DNA of 64,000 nucleotides from Raillietiella orientalis (GCA_036172245.1 JAYWIR010000042.1:1674001-1738000); one strand, 5' to 3'. Shown: positions 48,645 to 61,736, counted from the first letter of the stretch. Numbers and translations: made by a program. Notes: generated by a model not told the origin, from the letters alone.

Positions 48645-49729
48645 ACCACATCCACGCTTCCTCCTCCCCTTCCCTTCCTCCTCCCCTTCCCTTCCTCCTC
48701 CCCTTCCTTCCTTCCTCTTCCTCTTTATCATCATCATCATCTCGCCCATCATATCGCCCATCTCGCCCCATTTTCTTCCTTCCCAGCTCCATGAGCTCCC
48801 CGTCTCCACTCTCTCTAGTCGAATGGATGGAGCTGGTCCACGGGGTTACGAGGTGGAGTGTACGGGAGTTCCCAGAACGTCCTTCTCTCCCCATGGTGTG
48901 AGGGTCCTCTTCCTCTTCCGCCTTCCTTCGTTCCATGTCCAGGAGGATCCAGCGAGCTTCGCACGGAGGAAGCGCTCGGAGAAAAGAGGGAGGGGAGCCT
49001 GAGGCGATGGACTGTGCTGAGTAGAGGACGCTCCCAGCTTCCGCGCTGCTTTCCCACCCTAGTTTGGTTCCCCAGACTCCGAGATCCCCATTCCTCCACT
49101 CACCTTTCTTCCTCCGCTTAGCCTCCTCCTCACGGGACTTCAGCCTACCCCAGAGGCACCCCCTTAACCTAGCTACGCGTCCTCCCGATTCCTACTTTCC
49201 TTTCTGTCTTCTCTAGAGCCTCCGTCCCCCCGCTTACCCCAACCCCACCCGTCTCGTCATTTCGACTCCCTCCTCCTCCCGCCAACCCTAAACTTCCACC
49301 TTCCCGTGCTCCTTCCAGAAACCCACCCACACCTCTGCATCGCTCGATCGTAGGGCCCATCCGATTCCCTATCTCACCCTCCCTTTCCCACGTCCTTGTT
49401 GCGCCGTGTCGCCGTTCCATCTGCCGAAGCTTTCGCCTTTCCGGGAGCTCCAGGAGGATCTGCAAGACCAGCTCAGGGCGAGAAGATTCGGAAGGGAGAG
49501 GGGAGGGGAATGCAACCCCTGGCGATCTTCCTGCCTGGAACTGAGAAGACAAGAGTTTCGGTCCTTCGGCTGCGCGCGATCTACCGCCACGACGACTCCG
49601 GCTTGCGGAATTCATCAAGGAAGAGGGAGGTCCGCAGGAATCATCTCGGCTCATTCGGAGGTGGTCACCCAATGCCAGTCGGTCAGTGGGGAGTCGCACT
49701 GCGCTCGAGTCGACGGGCTTCGGGAAGAT

Positions 49730-49810
49730 AACGGAAGCTACAAGTGAGTGTATCGGCTTTATTGTGGCTACAACTTTTAAATTGGATGAATAGGCATTAT
49801 TATAGTATAG
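49730..49810 (-). other. znuA: Bacterial (Wolbachia/Rickettsiales-like) znuA 5' fragment inserted in host DNA
   Basis: Translates LYYNNAYSSNLKVVATIKPIHSLVASV: end of a signal peptide plus the V(V/A)(A/T)(S/T)IKPxHSLV motif at the start of mature ZnuA. About 35% GC (28/80) against about 60% in the flanks. Confidence 0.7.
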
Positions 49811-50037
49811 TGCAGAGGAGGCACCACTGGGAGGCGAGCGAATGAGTGGAAGGGATGTCCCCGGCTTCCTTCGTCTCAAGGGCGTCGGAGTGAGGACTGC
49901 TGACTCCTCTTTCCCACTCGATCTCTATCCCCATCCCTTCACCGGCATCGTCTCTTCCGCCCGCCGCTGAAGTATCTCCTCGTTTTTGATTGGCTGCTCC
50001 TTCCGTAAATCTAGGATCGACCTCTACCAGTAGGTGA

Positions 50038-50078
50038 TTCTGAGGCCGGCAGTGTCCAGGCGCGAGGATCGAGGCTTC
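50038..50078. repeat. Inverted repeat, right arm (pairs with 48604..48644)
   Basis: ttctgaggccggcagtgtccaggcgcgaggatcgaggcttc is the reverse complement of the left arm. Confidence 0.9.
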
Positions 50079-53000
50079 CCCTCCCATCCCTTCTGGTTCC
50101 TCCTCCTCTCCCGCTTTCTATCCCTCCATCCCGACTTTCTCTGCCTTCCCGTCGTCAGGGGAGGAGAGGAAGCGATGCTTGGAAACTGGAGGCAGGAATT
50201 CCTTGCTGGCGGGAAAGGCGCACCAGTCCGACCCTACGCTCCCGCCTCAGCAGGTGCGCCGCGGGCGCCTCCAGAATAACTGGACATTTATTTCGGGAGG
50301 CTATCTCGGTTCTCCAGAGTAGCTGCCACGCTTCCTCTGCCATCCCCTCTCCCGGATTCACAATGCGTGCCGAAAATCCGCTGCTTGGGAGCACCGCCAC
50401 GCCGCCGTCCCTTTTTCCCCTAGCAGCAGCGACCCGAACCCGCCAGTCCCGGTCGGTGTCGGGCTCGGCGAGGTGAAACCGCGACTAGCGGGGAACTTTC
50501 TCCTGCAGGTCACCCAGCAGTTCGCGAAGGGAGCGACTCCCCTAGAGGTGCGTCAGAGGTTCGCTGCCGTGCGTGCGCGCGCATTCCCAAAGGGGAACGA
50601 TTCCCTCCTCCCCCTTGCTTGTGCCGCGCCGGTCTACCTTTCGCTCTCGCTCCGGGAGGCTGGAGCGTACGTGAGCAAGGGACCAAACGGTCTACGGGCG
50701 CCGGTCTGGCGGGCGACTCCAGGCGCGCAGACGGGAGGGACTCGTCGTCGAACCAAGAACGACCAAGTCGATTCCTGCCCATTGCATTCCTGCTCCTCTC
50801 CCCCTCCCCCTTTTTTTTCCTTTATTGGAGTTTCCACACTTCCGATCCTGGGGTTTGGCTCCTCAACACCCTGATTTGCCCGTGGACAACGGCGTCATAG
50901 ATGGCACCTGGAGGGTGTCGGTTCGCGCTTTCCCGGAAAATGGGGTGGATCCTCTCGTTGCCCTTCCTCCTCATGGAGAGGGAGCTCCTTGCAGTCGCTC
51001 CTCGGTGGTCTCTCTCCACGCCATGGAGTCGGGATCAGGGGCAGCAAGCTCTCGCACCCCCCATCTCCGCCGGGATTTACCTCGTTCGGATGAAAAATTC
51101 ATCCCGTCTTTGCCAGCACCACACCAACCGTGCACCTCGTGACCTTCTCCCCCACCTCCCTCCCGGAATGAAGCGGGGCGCGCGGCCTGAATCCCTATCA
51201 GGGACCTTGCAGCCCCGAAGGGAGATAGGGAACGAAGGGGCAGGCATCAGCAGATGCGGCGGGAAGAAAAGGATCCCCGGGGTGGACTCGAGCGAGGAGA
51301 AACGAGAGCGCGGAATCTGTGCTCGTGGACCGCGCACGAGGCAACCCCCTAGGCCGAAGGATGCAGTGGGCCCAGAAGGCATGGCAGTGGAGCCAGGGAT
51401 CGCCACTCTCCCTCACTCCACTCTGCTCCGTGCGATTCTCCACGTGCGCTCCTCCCCTCCCTCCCGCGCCTTCGGGAAGGCGGTGTCGGGAGGGGGATGT
51501 TCGACGCAGCTTCCGGAGGCATCCGGGAGAGGAGCGTTCCTGCGGTTTTCCTCCTCCTCTTTCAAGGCATAAGAATGGTAACCCTGGCAGCGGCAGAAGC
51601 TAAGAAGCTTCCGGGAATCCTCGCTTTCGGTTCGATGAAGCTGCGATCCGTCACAGTATCTCGCTGAGCTGCTTTGCACCTGACCCCGACTTCCGCATCA
51701 TCATCATCGCCATCGTTATCGTGACATGGTGTGTTTTACTGCCTCTTTCACCGCCTCTTCCGAGGTTACGACAACCTCACCACTTTTCCTCCGATCTTCA
51801 TCTTCACCACCACCGCCGCCGCGGCCAATATCCTCGTCCTCATCGTCGCCATCATTGTCTCCTTCACTTTCGTCATTGTCTCGATCAGCATCATCACCCA
51901 CTCCACTGTTTTCTTGTTGCTGTCTGTCATGGTTGCCATCGTCCACTCCTCCAGAAAGGAACGGCATCGAGCTTCCTTAGATGGCGTGGTTCGTCATGGC
52001 GGGAGAGCGACGAGGGAAGCGAGGGATTGTAGGATGGCTGGTTTCCCTTTCGAGTACCTGACTGAGGCGGCGGACGACAGGAGTGTGAAGGACGCCTCCA
52101 TCTTGCGTCACGGGCCGGGACGCAACGCTCTCCTACGTTTCCTGTGGCTTTCCTTCGCCTGCCCGTGCTGTTGTCAGGCGCACTTGGTCGGGCGACCCGC
52201 CTGAAGTTTCCGCCAGGTGGCTCCAGTGCCGGTCGCGCGGACAGAACGGAGGAAACGAGGGAGGACGAAGTGGAACGGACGAGGTCCGACGTGGGGAGAG
52301 AAGGGACCTCGGGCGTGACGTTGGACGGAGGGAAGTGACGATCGGGAAAGAGGGTGGTTTCCAGGAAGATGTCGAGGGAGGGAAGGAAGGTGAAAGGACA
52401 CGGGCTGGGGACCAACGGCGGGGTGAAAGTTTGCCGCCAGAGGGTGATGTCTTCGTTCTCAAGCTAGCAGGAAAAAAACACGGCAGCGGAGTGGGGAGGG
52501 AGGGAACAGGGGAGATGCCAAGGAAACGCAGAATGACGAAGGGAGGCTTAAGAGGAGCGTAGGTGGGGTCGTGAGGAAGCCGCCGCTGCCAAGACGACGA
52601 TGATGGTTACTCCACCTGAAACGTTCAGTGCTCTCCTTCGATCGCTTCCACTCGCAGTCGCGTCAGCGCGAGATGATCATTTCATGTTTTCTGCTTTTTT
52701 TTTTCTTTTTTCCCACGTTCGCGTGACGACCTCCGAAGCTTCTCTTCTTTCTCCCCCTCCCCAAGAGTTCCGAGTCCCTCCCTAGAGCGCCTACTTCTGC
52801 TGATCGATCTGAAGAAGAACCTGAGCATTCCTAGATGCTGGAAGGAGGAGCAGAGTTTGTCGAAAATGGGATCCTCGCGAACCAAACCTAGCCAGAGTGT
52901 AGGATCCAAAGGCGGCGGCGGCATGCCTCCTGTGTTTTCGTTCGAAAACAGGGATGATTCCCCTTCCCCCCTTCCGTCACGGACCTTTCCAGCATCGCCT

Positions 53001-54392
53001 CCTTTCAAACTTTGCATACCCTCCCTTCCACACCCTTGCGAGACTGCTGATGCACACTCGGACCTTCTTATTCTTGAACATGCGGAGGGTAACAGAAACT
53101 TCTCCTCCTTGTTTTTTCTTATCTCTCGGGAAGAATCTTGACCTCCCTCATTTGTGATCCGGCCATCTGGCGCTCTGGAGAGAAGCGACAATTTCGAGGA
53201 CGGAGCGAACGGATGCTGCTGCAGCGACTGCAGGTCTTCCCGCTCAGCGACCTCGCCGAGGACGAATTCTTTCTCGGACGATCTTCCTCGAGTACCCACC
53301 CTCCTGTCCACCGTATCAGGAGATCGGCTCGCATCGAGGCTCTTCTTCTCCAGGACGGCTGGCATCCCTCTGAACGCAGCCGAGCTCTCGGCAACCAGTC
53401 AGGTTGCTGATGCTCTTCGTAATTCCGAGACTCTCCCTATCTGCGGAGCTCACGCTCCTGTGTGGAGCTGTGGTTCTCTACAGGAGAGAGAGGGGGGGGG
53501 GAAGAGCGTGCTGGCGATGAAGATGCGATCACTGGGCATGGAAGAGGGCCAAAAAAGTACTGACGAGGCAAAGAGTCGACATGAACCTGCTCAGCCCACC
53601 TGTCTTCACTCACACGTTGGGGCCCCCTGTGCCGACAAAGAGAGACTTTGCCGAAATGCTCCTCATCTTTGACTGTACACTTTTACTCCAAACCACTAGT
53701 CCCAGTTGGATGCTTTCTTCATCGAAGCTCATGCAAGCTACTGGCACCTCGTCCCTCTGATTTCCTTACTCTACAGATCAGTTCCCTTCCCAAGCACTCC
53801 TTGTTTACCCCTACACCTCGGCGCAGTCACCCGAGACCGCAGGGTAACCCTCGTAGAGTTTCCCCTCTTCTCCCACTCGGTTTCCTCGAGACAGACAGTT
53901 GAACGCATGTGAATGAGTAAATCTGTTCGCCGTCTTCACCAGGAGGAGGCTTTTTCCTGCAAAAAGGAAGAAGAAAATCCCTTCTGGAACTTGGTAACGC
54001 TGCAAGACCCTCATCCATGAACCAACAACCAGAAACCAGGTTAAATACGCAAGGTAACAGGCAAACATCGACGGTGCACTCTGTGTCCTGCGTACTTGGG
54101 GAGGAAAGGGACAAGTGAGGGTTCCGAGTTTCCGATCCTCCAGGAGGAACTCTCAAACAAGAACCACAGCAATTCTTGTGCGCTCTCGCCGCCTTGCTTT
54201 CGCGCGGAGCAACAGGGAATCGAAAACAAGTGCTGAGGATAATCTTCCCCTACACCAAGGATGGAGTGTTCCCGCAGGCGGCATTCGCTCCCGAGTCTGC
54301 AACCTGGACCTTGGTGATGAAGGCGGGAGCTGCAGGGACAGATGCGACAGACCAGCAGAGTTGTTCCACACCACGGCCCGTTCCGGCAAGAA

Positions 54393-54399
<7 letters not shown>

Positions 54400-54428
<29 letters not shown>

Positions 54429-54504
54429 GACGCTGTAGGGGCAATAGCCCTACACTTGCTTGTTTGTTTTTACTAAAAAATAAACGCCCCGGCGCACCCG
54501 GGTG
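54400..54504 (+). mobile_element. Isolated 3' terminus of the same LINE family
   Basis: A poly-T/T-rich tract is followed by aataaacgccccggcgcacccgggtg, which differs by one base from the reverse complement of 2545..2570. Confidence 0.6.
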
Positions 54505-56342
54505 TAAAAGCAGAGTTGTTGACAAACGAACGGACTGAATGCCAGGATGAAAGCCGCCTTCGGCCAGATGGCCAGGTCCACCAGGCTTTTCAAAATGCAC
54601 AACCATTTTGAAGTAACAAGCAGCAGTCGAGCTGGTTGATCCCAGCTTTCCTGATCATTTAGACAGACAAGACAGACAGACCTTGCCTCGTATGCCAGAC
54701 GAGCTAGGAGGACGGGTGAGTCCTCCGCCCTCCTTCGAATCCGGTCCAAATGCCAGATGGCCGTCAGAAGCAGGCGTACGACGGAAGTGACAGTGCTGCC
54801 TTTTGTTTTGTTTTATTTTCTTTTTGCCCACTTTTTTTCCTGGCTGTGTTGCCTCTCTTTGGCTAGCTTTGCTCCAAACGCTCCTGGGGTTTCGGGATGC
54901 AAAGGATTGATAGATGACCTCAGGTCACTCGAATCTTCCCCGGTGCGCCCAGTGCAGATGGAGGTTTTCTCGAGGAGCGCATCCTCGGAGGGATGCTATG
55001 CCTGTGAAGATGAAGTGCGAGGCCCGCTCTCTCTTTTCAAGCATCGAGTCTGCAAGCTTGTGGCCCCGTCCGTAACCAACGGTGCTCGTGCGCCTGAACG
55101 GAGGCCGCGGGCTCATCCGTGGAAGCTCCGCCAACAAACCGAGCCCGCCGTAGCTTGCGTTGCCTGGTTACGAACGGTCGCACGAGGGGGGGGGGAGCAG
55201 GCCCCCCCCAAAAGCATGCGAGAGTCTGTCCGCCAGCTATTAAGGAACGCCCTCCCCCACCCCCCCTCGCTGACAGCCCAAGCACCGACCAAGATGTCAA
55301 GCTCGATGTCCTTCCCACTAGCAGACTACCCTGTAGTAAGTCCCCTTTCCCTCTCCCCGCATCAGTGCTTCCTTTTCCTCTCCGAAGACCGCCTTGAGCG
55401 GTCGAGCACGAGATACCTCTGCATAATAGTGAGCAAGCACGACAGATACGGAAAGCGAGCTCCCTGACTCTTCGTGAACCTGAGAAAGAACAAGTGGGGA
55501 GCTTCCCGTGCCGCCGCTCGTCTCTGCGACGTTTTTGTTCCTTCCTGTGTTTCCGCTGCACACTCTGAACGAATGCCAAACGATGAGCGGCTTGGGAATT
55601 CGCAGAACGCGGGATGTCTTGTTTCTCTCCTGGATCTACCATTCTGGCCAACCGGTAAAGGCAGCTATCAGCTGCCCTTCTCCTCCGCAAAATCCTCCAG
55701 ATGGATGGCATCATTAGATTAGGTAACAAGCGGAAGAGGAAAAAGAGGAAGGAAGAGGAGAGAACAGCAAGAAGGAACGGAAACGTTAAATCCAAAAATG
55801 AAAAGGGGAGCAAAGGAAAAAGAAATTTCTTCTGTTCCTTTTTTTTCTTCTTCGCATCCAGAGCGAGACGTAGAAAACAATCCCGCGAGATGCGGACGAA
55901 TCGTAAAAGTCCACAGGAGCAAATCAGCACACACGGACAGAAAAAATGGTTGTAGGCGAATTATCGCGAGGCAGCAGCGTCCAGGCTGACTGCGCAACCA
56001 GAACCGAGATCGATTGACCTGTGTCCAGTTTGAAGGGCGAAATTGCGGGGTAAATTCGTTAGTGTGCGAACCCACAGGAAAACAATCATCAACCAAAAAT
56101 GAAAGAGGAAAAAGAAAAAAGAAAAAAAAAAAAAAAAAAAAATGGCCTTTACTCGTGCAAGTGAAAGTGTACATTGGACGGGCAGAACAGAAGACAAGTG
56201 CACGGCTTCCTGCAGCGACGCAGCACAAAGGCGTTTCGACCCTTGGAATGCTGCCGCCTGACTTCCGGGGAAGATGGGAAAGGAGTGGATTTCCCAACAA
56301 AGCCGCCGGACCATCCGGGAGGGTGGTCCAGTGAGCGTGGGA

Positions 56343-59300
56343 TTATGAGTAAGACAACGGGCGGGTGAACATGAACAGCTGGAAGATGCAATCTTTAAAC
56401 ATGGCATGGGCAGTGAACGGCAGGGCTGCTGCTGCTTCCGCCTCGCTGGTAGGTGAGATCCGTGAACCCCTCTTCTGCTCGGCGAAATTCAGCAGATCGG
56501 CTGCATACTGGGAGAGAATGGATGGATGCATAGAGACGGATTGCACGGCATTTTGCATACCTCCGTGCCATCGCCCTCTTCTTCAGTGAACATCTGACTA
56601 CTCTCCGAGCAATTAAGCGGTACGGTTTTATGGGGAGTAACAAGCATGAGAGAGAAGGAGCCCTAGAGAGAGAGAGAGAGGGGGGGGGGGAATGTTATCA
56701 GCAAATGACAGCTTGCAAACTTTTTTTTTTTTTTTTTGCACAAATTCAACGATTTAACACTTCTCGCTCGGTTGTCTCCCGATGACAGAAGAATCCACCG
56801 CCAGCCTATTGATTTCCGACTCGAATGGGGAATCGCAATCTCATCTGCGAGTGCCAAGAAAGCACGACTACTCGCTGTTACGCTCGAAGTGAAGAACCAG
56901 GAGGCGGAAGAGATGTCTTTCGATAGCATCGCGCGCAACGGCCGATTCAGGTTTGGGTTGTGTTTGGCGTCTTGGAACAGCCCCAAGCGGTGTATATTGC
57001 GGCACTCCGCATCCCCGAGAATGGTAGTGGGGCATTTTCTTTTTTTTGCTGCTTTCTGTAATCTGTCAGCTTACTCCTTCGTGATGCTCGTTTTGAGGAG
57101 AGACGCGTCTCGCTTATAGCTCGATTGCTTTTTTCATTTCCTCAGGAAAGCGAGAGTGACTCTCTACTGCCTTTGCACGGAGCACCCGTCCAAAACAGCC
57201 GTTGCGACGGAAATGCAAATGGGAAGGAGGATCGATCAGTTATTGGATGAAGACCATTCCTTCGTGATAATGACACTCTGTCTGTCTGTCTCAGACAAAA
57301 GTTCACAACAAATTGTGCCGATGTATCCAACCTCCGGGATTTCCGCAGAGGCCCAGATAGAGCGCTCGCCGCAGCAGAAACCATTATCCGCAGATTCATG
57401 TATCCACGGTCTCGCGGACGAAAGTGCACGGGTGCCAAGCAACGTGCAGAATTCAAAAGCAGAGCGGAAACGTCCGTTTCTCGTGATCAGGATGCTTCCC
57501 TATTCGGTGGGGCCCAGAGTGGGGCGCATCCTCCTGCCGCAAACACTGGGCATCCGGATCGCACCTTCGGCATATCTGCGTAAGAGCGGCTTTTAAAACG
57601 GCCTTTCGGCATTCCCAATCAAGCAGAGTTGCTCCGGCTAACAGAGCAAGCCAGGAGCAAAATGCACCAAAATAACCGTCGCCCATGGGAAAAGGGTGAA
57701 AAGTGACGGCTTCCGTGAAAACCCGGTGGCGAAGGGGGGGTGGGGAGAGAGAGTCAGAGAGAGAAAAGAAAACAAAAGGCTCAAATGCGAGTTCGTTCTG
57801 TCAGCCCACAAACTCAGCCCTGTTGCTTTCCTGCGATGATGACTGAACGCGGTCACATTGGGAGGGCGTGCACCCTGGTAGCTGTCCTGTCGGCATGCCC
57901 AGCCCAAGAAAATAACGAGGGCAGCTCAACGTGAACGGATCGCGATTTTTCAAAGGCGCCGCGGCTCCAGAATCGATTTCGGGAATATCTCGCCCCTTCC
58001 CTCTCTTCTTTGGAATCTTCATTCATTATCATCATCTTCCAACATTAATAACCGGACGATCTGGTAAATCTTGGTAACAGATTACATTCATTACTGGAAG
58101 CTACTTAAATGGATGAAGAGAGAAAAACGCCGTGGGCTCGCAAACACTCCCAATTACCGCGTCCGATAACGAGCATTTTCATGGGCTCCTGCCTGATCGC
58201 ACATCTACCCGACGAGCCTCTGCGGGAAGGTTTCCCACATCGCAGTCGGAGTTATCTTCACGTCAGTTTGTGCCGTAAAGATAACTCTATTGCCAACTTC
58301 TCCCTGATTAAGCCAATGTCAGAGCAGTATGGAATGTCATTAAACTTTACACCACGCCGGCTTCAGTTTTAACGTGCGTTCAGGAATGCTGGGAAACTCG
58401 GTGCCACTGAGTCGCAGGCACGAGGCAGGAGCGTTGCTGATGGGAGGGGCAACCCCGCAACCGCACCACGGCACTCGGGCCAGACTGCCCTGCAGGCGGG
58501 ATCCCAGCATGACCGACGGCGCGGCTGGCCGCGCCACCTACTCGGAGGAGCAAAAGCGTGGCTTGTTTACCAGAGCGCTTCACGAGGGTTGCACGGAAAT
58601 GGTGCGGGAGACGCATCGTCAGGAGACGAAGGTCATCTTGCAAGGCTTCCTTCAAATACTCTGCACGATGAAATTCCATGCGAGGAGCTGCGCTTCGGTG
58701 CTTCGGGGGTCTTTACGACGAGCGGCACTGTCGACAGTCGCCGAAACGGACGGAACGGCAGGAAACTTTCGAGCGGAACTGTCGCTCGGACGGCCACCGT
58801 TTTCGGACGGGGAAGAGGCCGAAAAGAGCGGACCGAGAGCAACCTGCGAAAACACTTTCTACCTACTCCGGCACGGGGGGACCCGCGATTGCTTTGGCCA
58901 GTCGGCGAGGTTACGCGTGACTCTCCGCCAAACAAGAGCCAAACTTCCTCACATGGAAACAGCTTTCACGGGTTTCGCAACGTGGCTGGCGGTCGTCGCC
59001 AGAGAATCCAGCTGGAGGGGAACATAGGAATACAGAACACACAAATATACGGTTTTCATATCATGAACCAGCAATGAAAGGGTTCGATTGGTCCGTCTGC
59101 CACCACGAGTGGAGAGATGACGCCTGCACGGCCATCCTGGGGAGAACGGGAGCCATCCGGAAGTACGAAGTAGAAGAATAAAAGAGACCGACGACGCACA
59201 GGCGCGCGCAGGACGGTCAAAGAGTTTTTTCCACCTGCTGCGAGATCACGAAACGGATACACTGGATCCCTTCTACTCCCATGGGCTCGAGTGAAAATGA

Positions 59301-60392
59301 TCGCAAATGAGGAACGAAGGACACTCGAGGCAACCAAGCAAAGGAACACGAAAGCCGTTAAAACGTTTCGCCTTAATTGCGAGTCTGGGAAACGCCATCC
59401 CGGTGCGGAGTCATGCAACCGGTAAACGAATGGAGCAGGCAGATGTGGCGCAGAAATCCGTTTCGGTTAACCTCGAATCCCCTTTTCGCGGTGAGCAGCC
59501 TGCGGTCGGTGTGCACACCGCACAGACACACGCCGAAACGGACCAGCCGAAGAGAAGACCACCAAGTGAAGCAGTCGGAAGCGGAGTACGGCGAGCGGAG
59601 TCTTATCGGAGAGGGAGCTGGAGGGCAAAAACACAAGGATTACTTTGGAATTAGCCGGCTTCATCTGAAATACGAGTTTCTCTGGACCTGCAAGAAGATT
59701 CCAACGACTCCCAGCAAAGTGGTAATCATGGCAAAGCAGAGACACGCAGTGATACAGGTGCTCTTCTACATCGGCTTGCTTTATGGGTAACCCGTCGATG
59801 TATTTGCTGGTTTGGGGACTGGGAAACAAATTAATCCCAGAGGAGCGCAAAATCTGAAAGCATAACATCACCATCAAAGCACCACCAGTTCAGAAGCCGT
59901 TTGCTTCCTTTTCTTTTTTAGATTCTAATTAAAGTGTGTTTGGAACTTGGAACCAATTTCGAATCATCCGGATACCTCGATCTGTTTGGCAGGAGAATCG
60001 TATCTTCCACATATGTGCTCGAGTACATTCTTCGATTCGGACTGTATCTTCGATATGCACGTCTCTTTGTCCTGAAATCAGGCATAAAGGGTTAGACCTG
60101 CGTTAGACCCAATCACACTTTGATCCTGAATTCCACAATCAGGGATGTGGTGGTGACGATGTAAAGGCCTTCCGATGCGCTTGATGTGACCAGCTCCCAA
60201 GACTGGAAGGGAAAGTTCGAGAACAACCTCTGAGCAAAACTGATGGCTCCGAAATGCTCGCTTCTGAATGTAATCTCCATGCTGTCTTCTTGGCATGCTA
60301 CCTCGTGAAAGCAATTCGTGAGCCACTTCTTGTTGCCGTGGTCCCACATGACCGGAATGGGAGGTTCCAGCCAGAGAACGGCATTGGACAGC
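56343..60392 (-). CDS. CASC1: CASC1/DNAI7 (Las1; dynein axonemal intermediate chain 7) homolog, 3' part: complement(join(56343..56507,56561..56662,59644..59853,59976..60071,60119..60392)); 5' exons not identified
   Basis: Five exons join in frame with GT-AG introns: LSNAVLWLEPPIPVMWD...NFPFQSWEL...IVEFRIK|DKETCISKIQ...|ILRSSGINLFP...FAGSRWN...|GSFSLMLVTP...|YAADL...MFTRPLSYS*. Matches the recalled Casc1 C-terminal pattern (PYQSWEL, GLNIFP, SKWN, terminal TRLLSYS). Confidence 0.88.
58500..59100 (+). mobile_element. Decayed RLE/R2-like reverse-transcriptase fragment in a CASC1 intron
   Basis: QKRGL...EGCTE (cf. QRGF...GCxE), HLARLPSNTLHDEI...LRFG (cf. DLxKAFxxxxHxxI...FG) and PPNKSQT occur in RT order. 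Confidence 0.4.
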
Positions 60393-61699
60393 CTACGGAA
60401 ACGAAATGACCTAATGAGAACACGGTTTCCCGATGGAGCAGCAACTCCAACGGGAATTCACCGTTGAGAAAAGAATCTTGTGAAGCACAAAAATCCTGTC
60501 AAGCATTTCCACGTGACCAACGGCGGCCCAACGATAAGACACCGCATGATCATGCGAGGGAGAAACCGCCCACGCAGTTTTGATGAGGATGCACGCGTCC
60601 ACGGGGTTTTTAAATGCACGCAAGTTTTCAGCGAGAGAATCGGCGCGCATTTTTGCTACGGATTTTTCCTGCTCTCAGATGATAAAAGCCACACAGAAGC
60701 AAGGCTGGAAAATGAGGAGGTCTGCATGCGTGAAATTTCTCTTCGCCAGCCGGGCCAAGTTATCGCGCGTTTGCACAGCATCGAAAGCTGCATTTGCGCC
60801 ATGTCGCTCGCATGTCCATGGGTCAGAAGGCTTCGGGAGATGTGAAAATGCACGAAACTTGGCAAACCCGGAGGAGCAAAAATTTCACGCTTCGTCCTTC
60901 CTCATTTTGCAATCTCACCGATTCACTTGAGGTTTTGATTGAGGTTCGTACCCGTTCCAGTCTGTGGATTCAGGACGAAGCAGCATTGCTATGGTTCCGG
61001 CCACACACCAGTTTTTTTCGAACGAGAATCCCATGATCTTGGTTTCCCCTGATTCCCAGCTTAGCATCCTCATTCAAAGCCCTAATTTCGCCGATTAATG
61101 CTACTCTCCCTGTCTTCTTCCGTGTTCTTGTGGGTTTCAATCGTACGGGTTTCAAAAAGACGTTCAGAGGGCACAAATCTGACCGAAGCTTCAATATTCA
61201 GTTTTGACACGAGATTTCAGAACTCGACAAAAAATAGGGGCTGAACCTTTATTTCAAAGATAAAACCAGCTGAATCTGTGCTATATTTCAAAAAAGGAAG
61301 AGCATCCTCTCACACCGAGTCGGGCAACTTCAGGAGAGATCAAGGACGTCACAGGAGAGAGATCTCTTTCCGATAAATTAAAGAATACTTACGAATGCTT
61401 CGAGAACGAATCTGAGATTTCACATTTTCCAGCTTCCTTGGCTGATCCTTTCCGCCGATTGCCCTCGGTTCTTTCGCACAGGGGTTGCGAATGTTGTTAA
61501 ACCGTTCACAGAAAAGAGCGCTTTCTGAGAACATCAGGAGAGGACGACGAAGACTGAGCACACAAACACATTCTATGCTTGCATGCCGAAATGGAAGAGT
61601 GGTGCATGCTGACTCGCAATGCGTCCACGGAATTTCACCACTCGCTCCCATCTTTGCGCCAATCAGAATGAAAAACACCACTCCAAAATAAATAAATAA

Positions 61700-61736
<37 letters not shown>

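Noticed and set aside
51716..51967. Acidic D/E/G-rich ORF as a possible Ih N-terminal exon
   Set aside because: Explained by degenerate trinucleotide repeats; it ends in a stop and no in-phase splice to exon 1 was found.
39600..53700. Many long (200-400 aa) overlapping ORFs on both strands
   Set aside because: They are low-complexity R/G/P/S-rich translations expected in GC-rich DNA, with no domains or consistent splice structure (except Ih exon 1).
54397..54426. Long homopolymer runs (here and at many other sites)
   Set aside because: Ubiquitous in this window and length-unreliable in assemblies; not a specific signal.
60915..61000. Candidate next upstream CASC1 exon ending in phase 2 (...GTGAATCG|gtgag)
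   Set aside because: The phase fits but the translation shows no recognisable CASC1 similarity.
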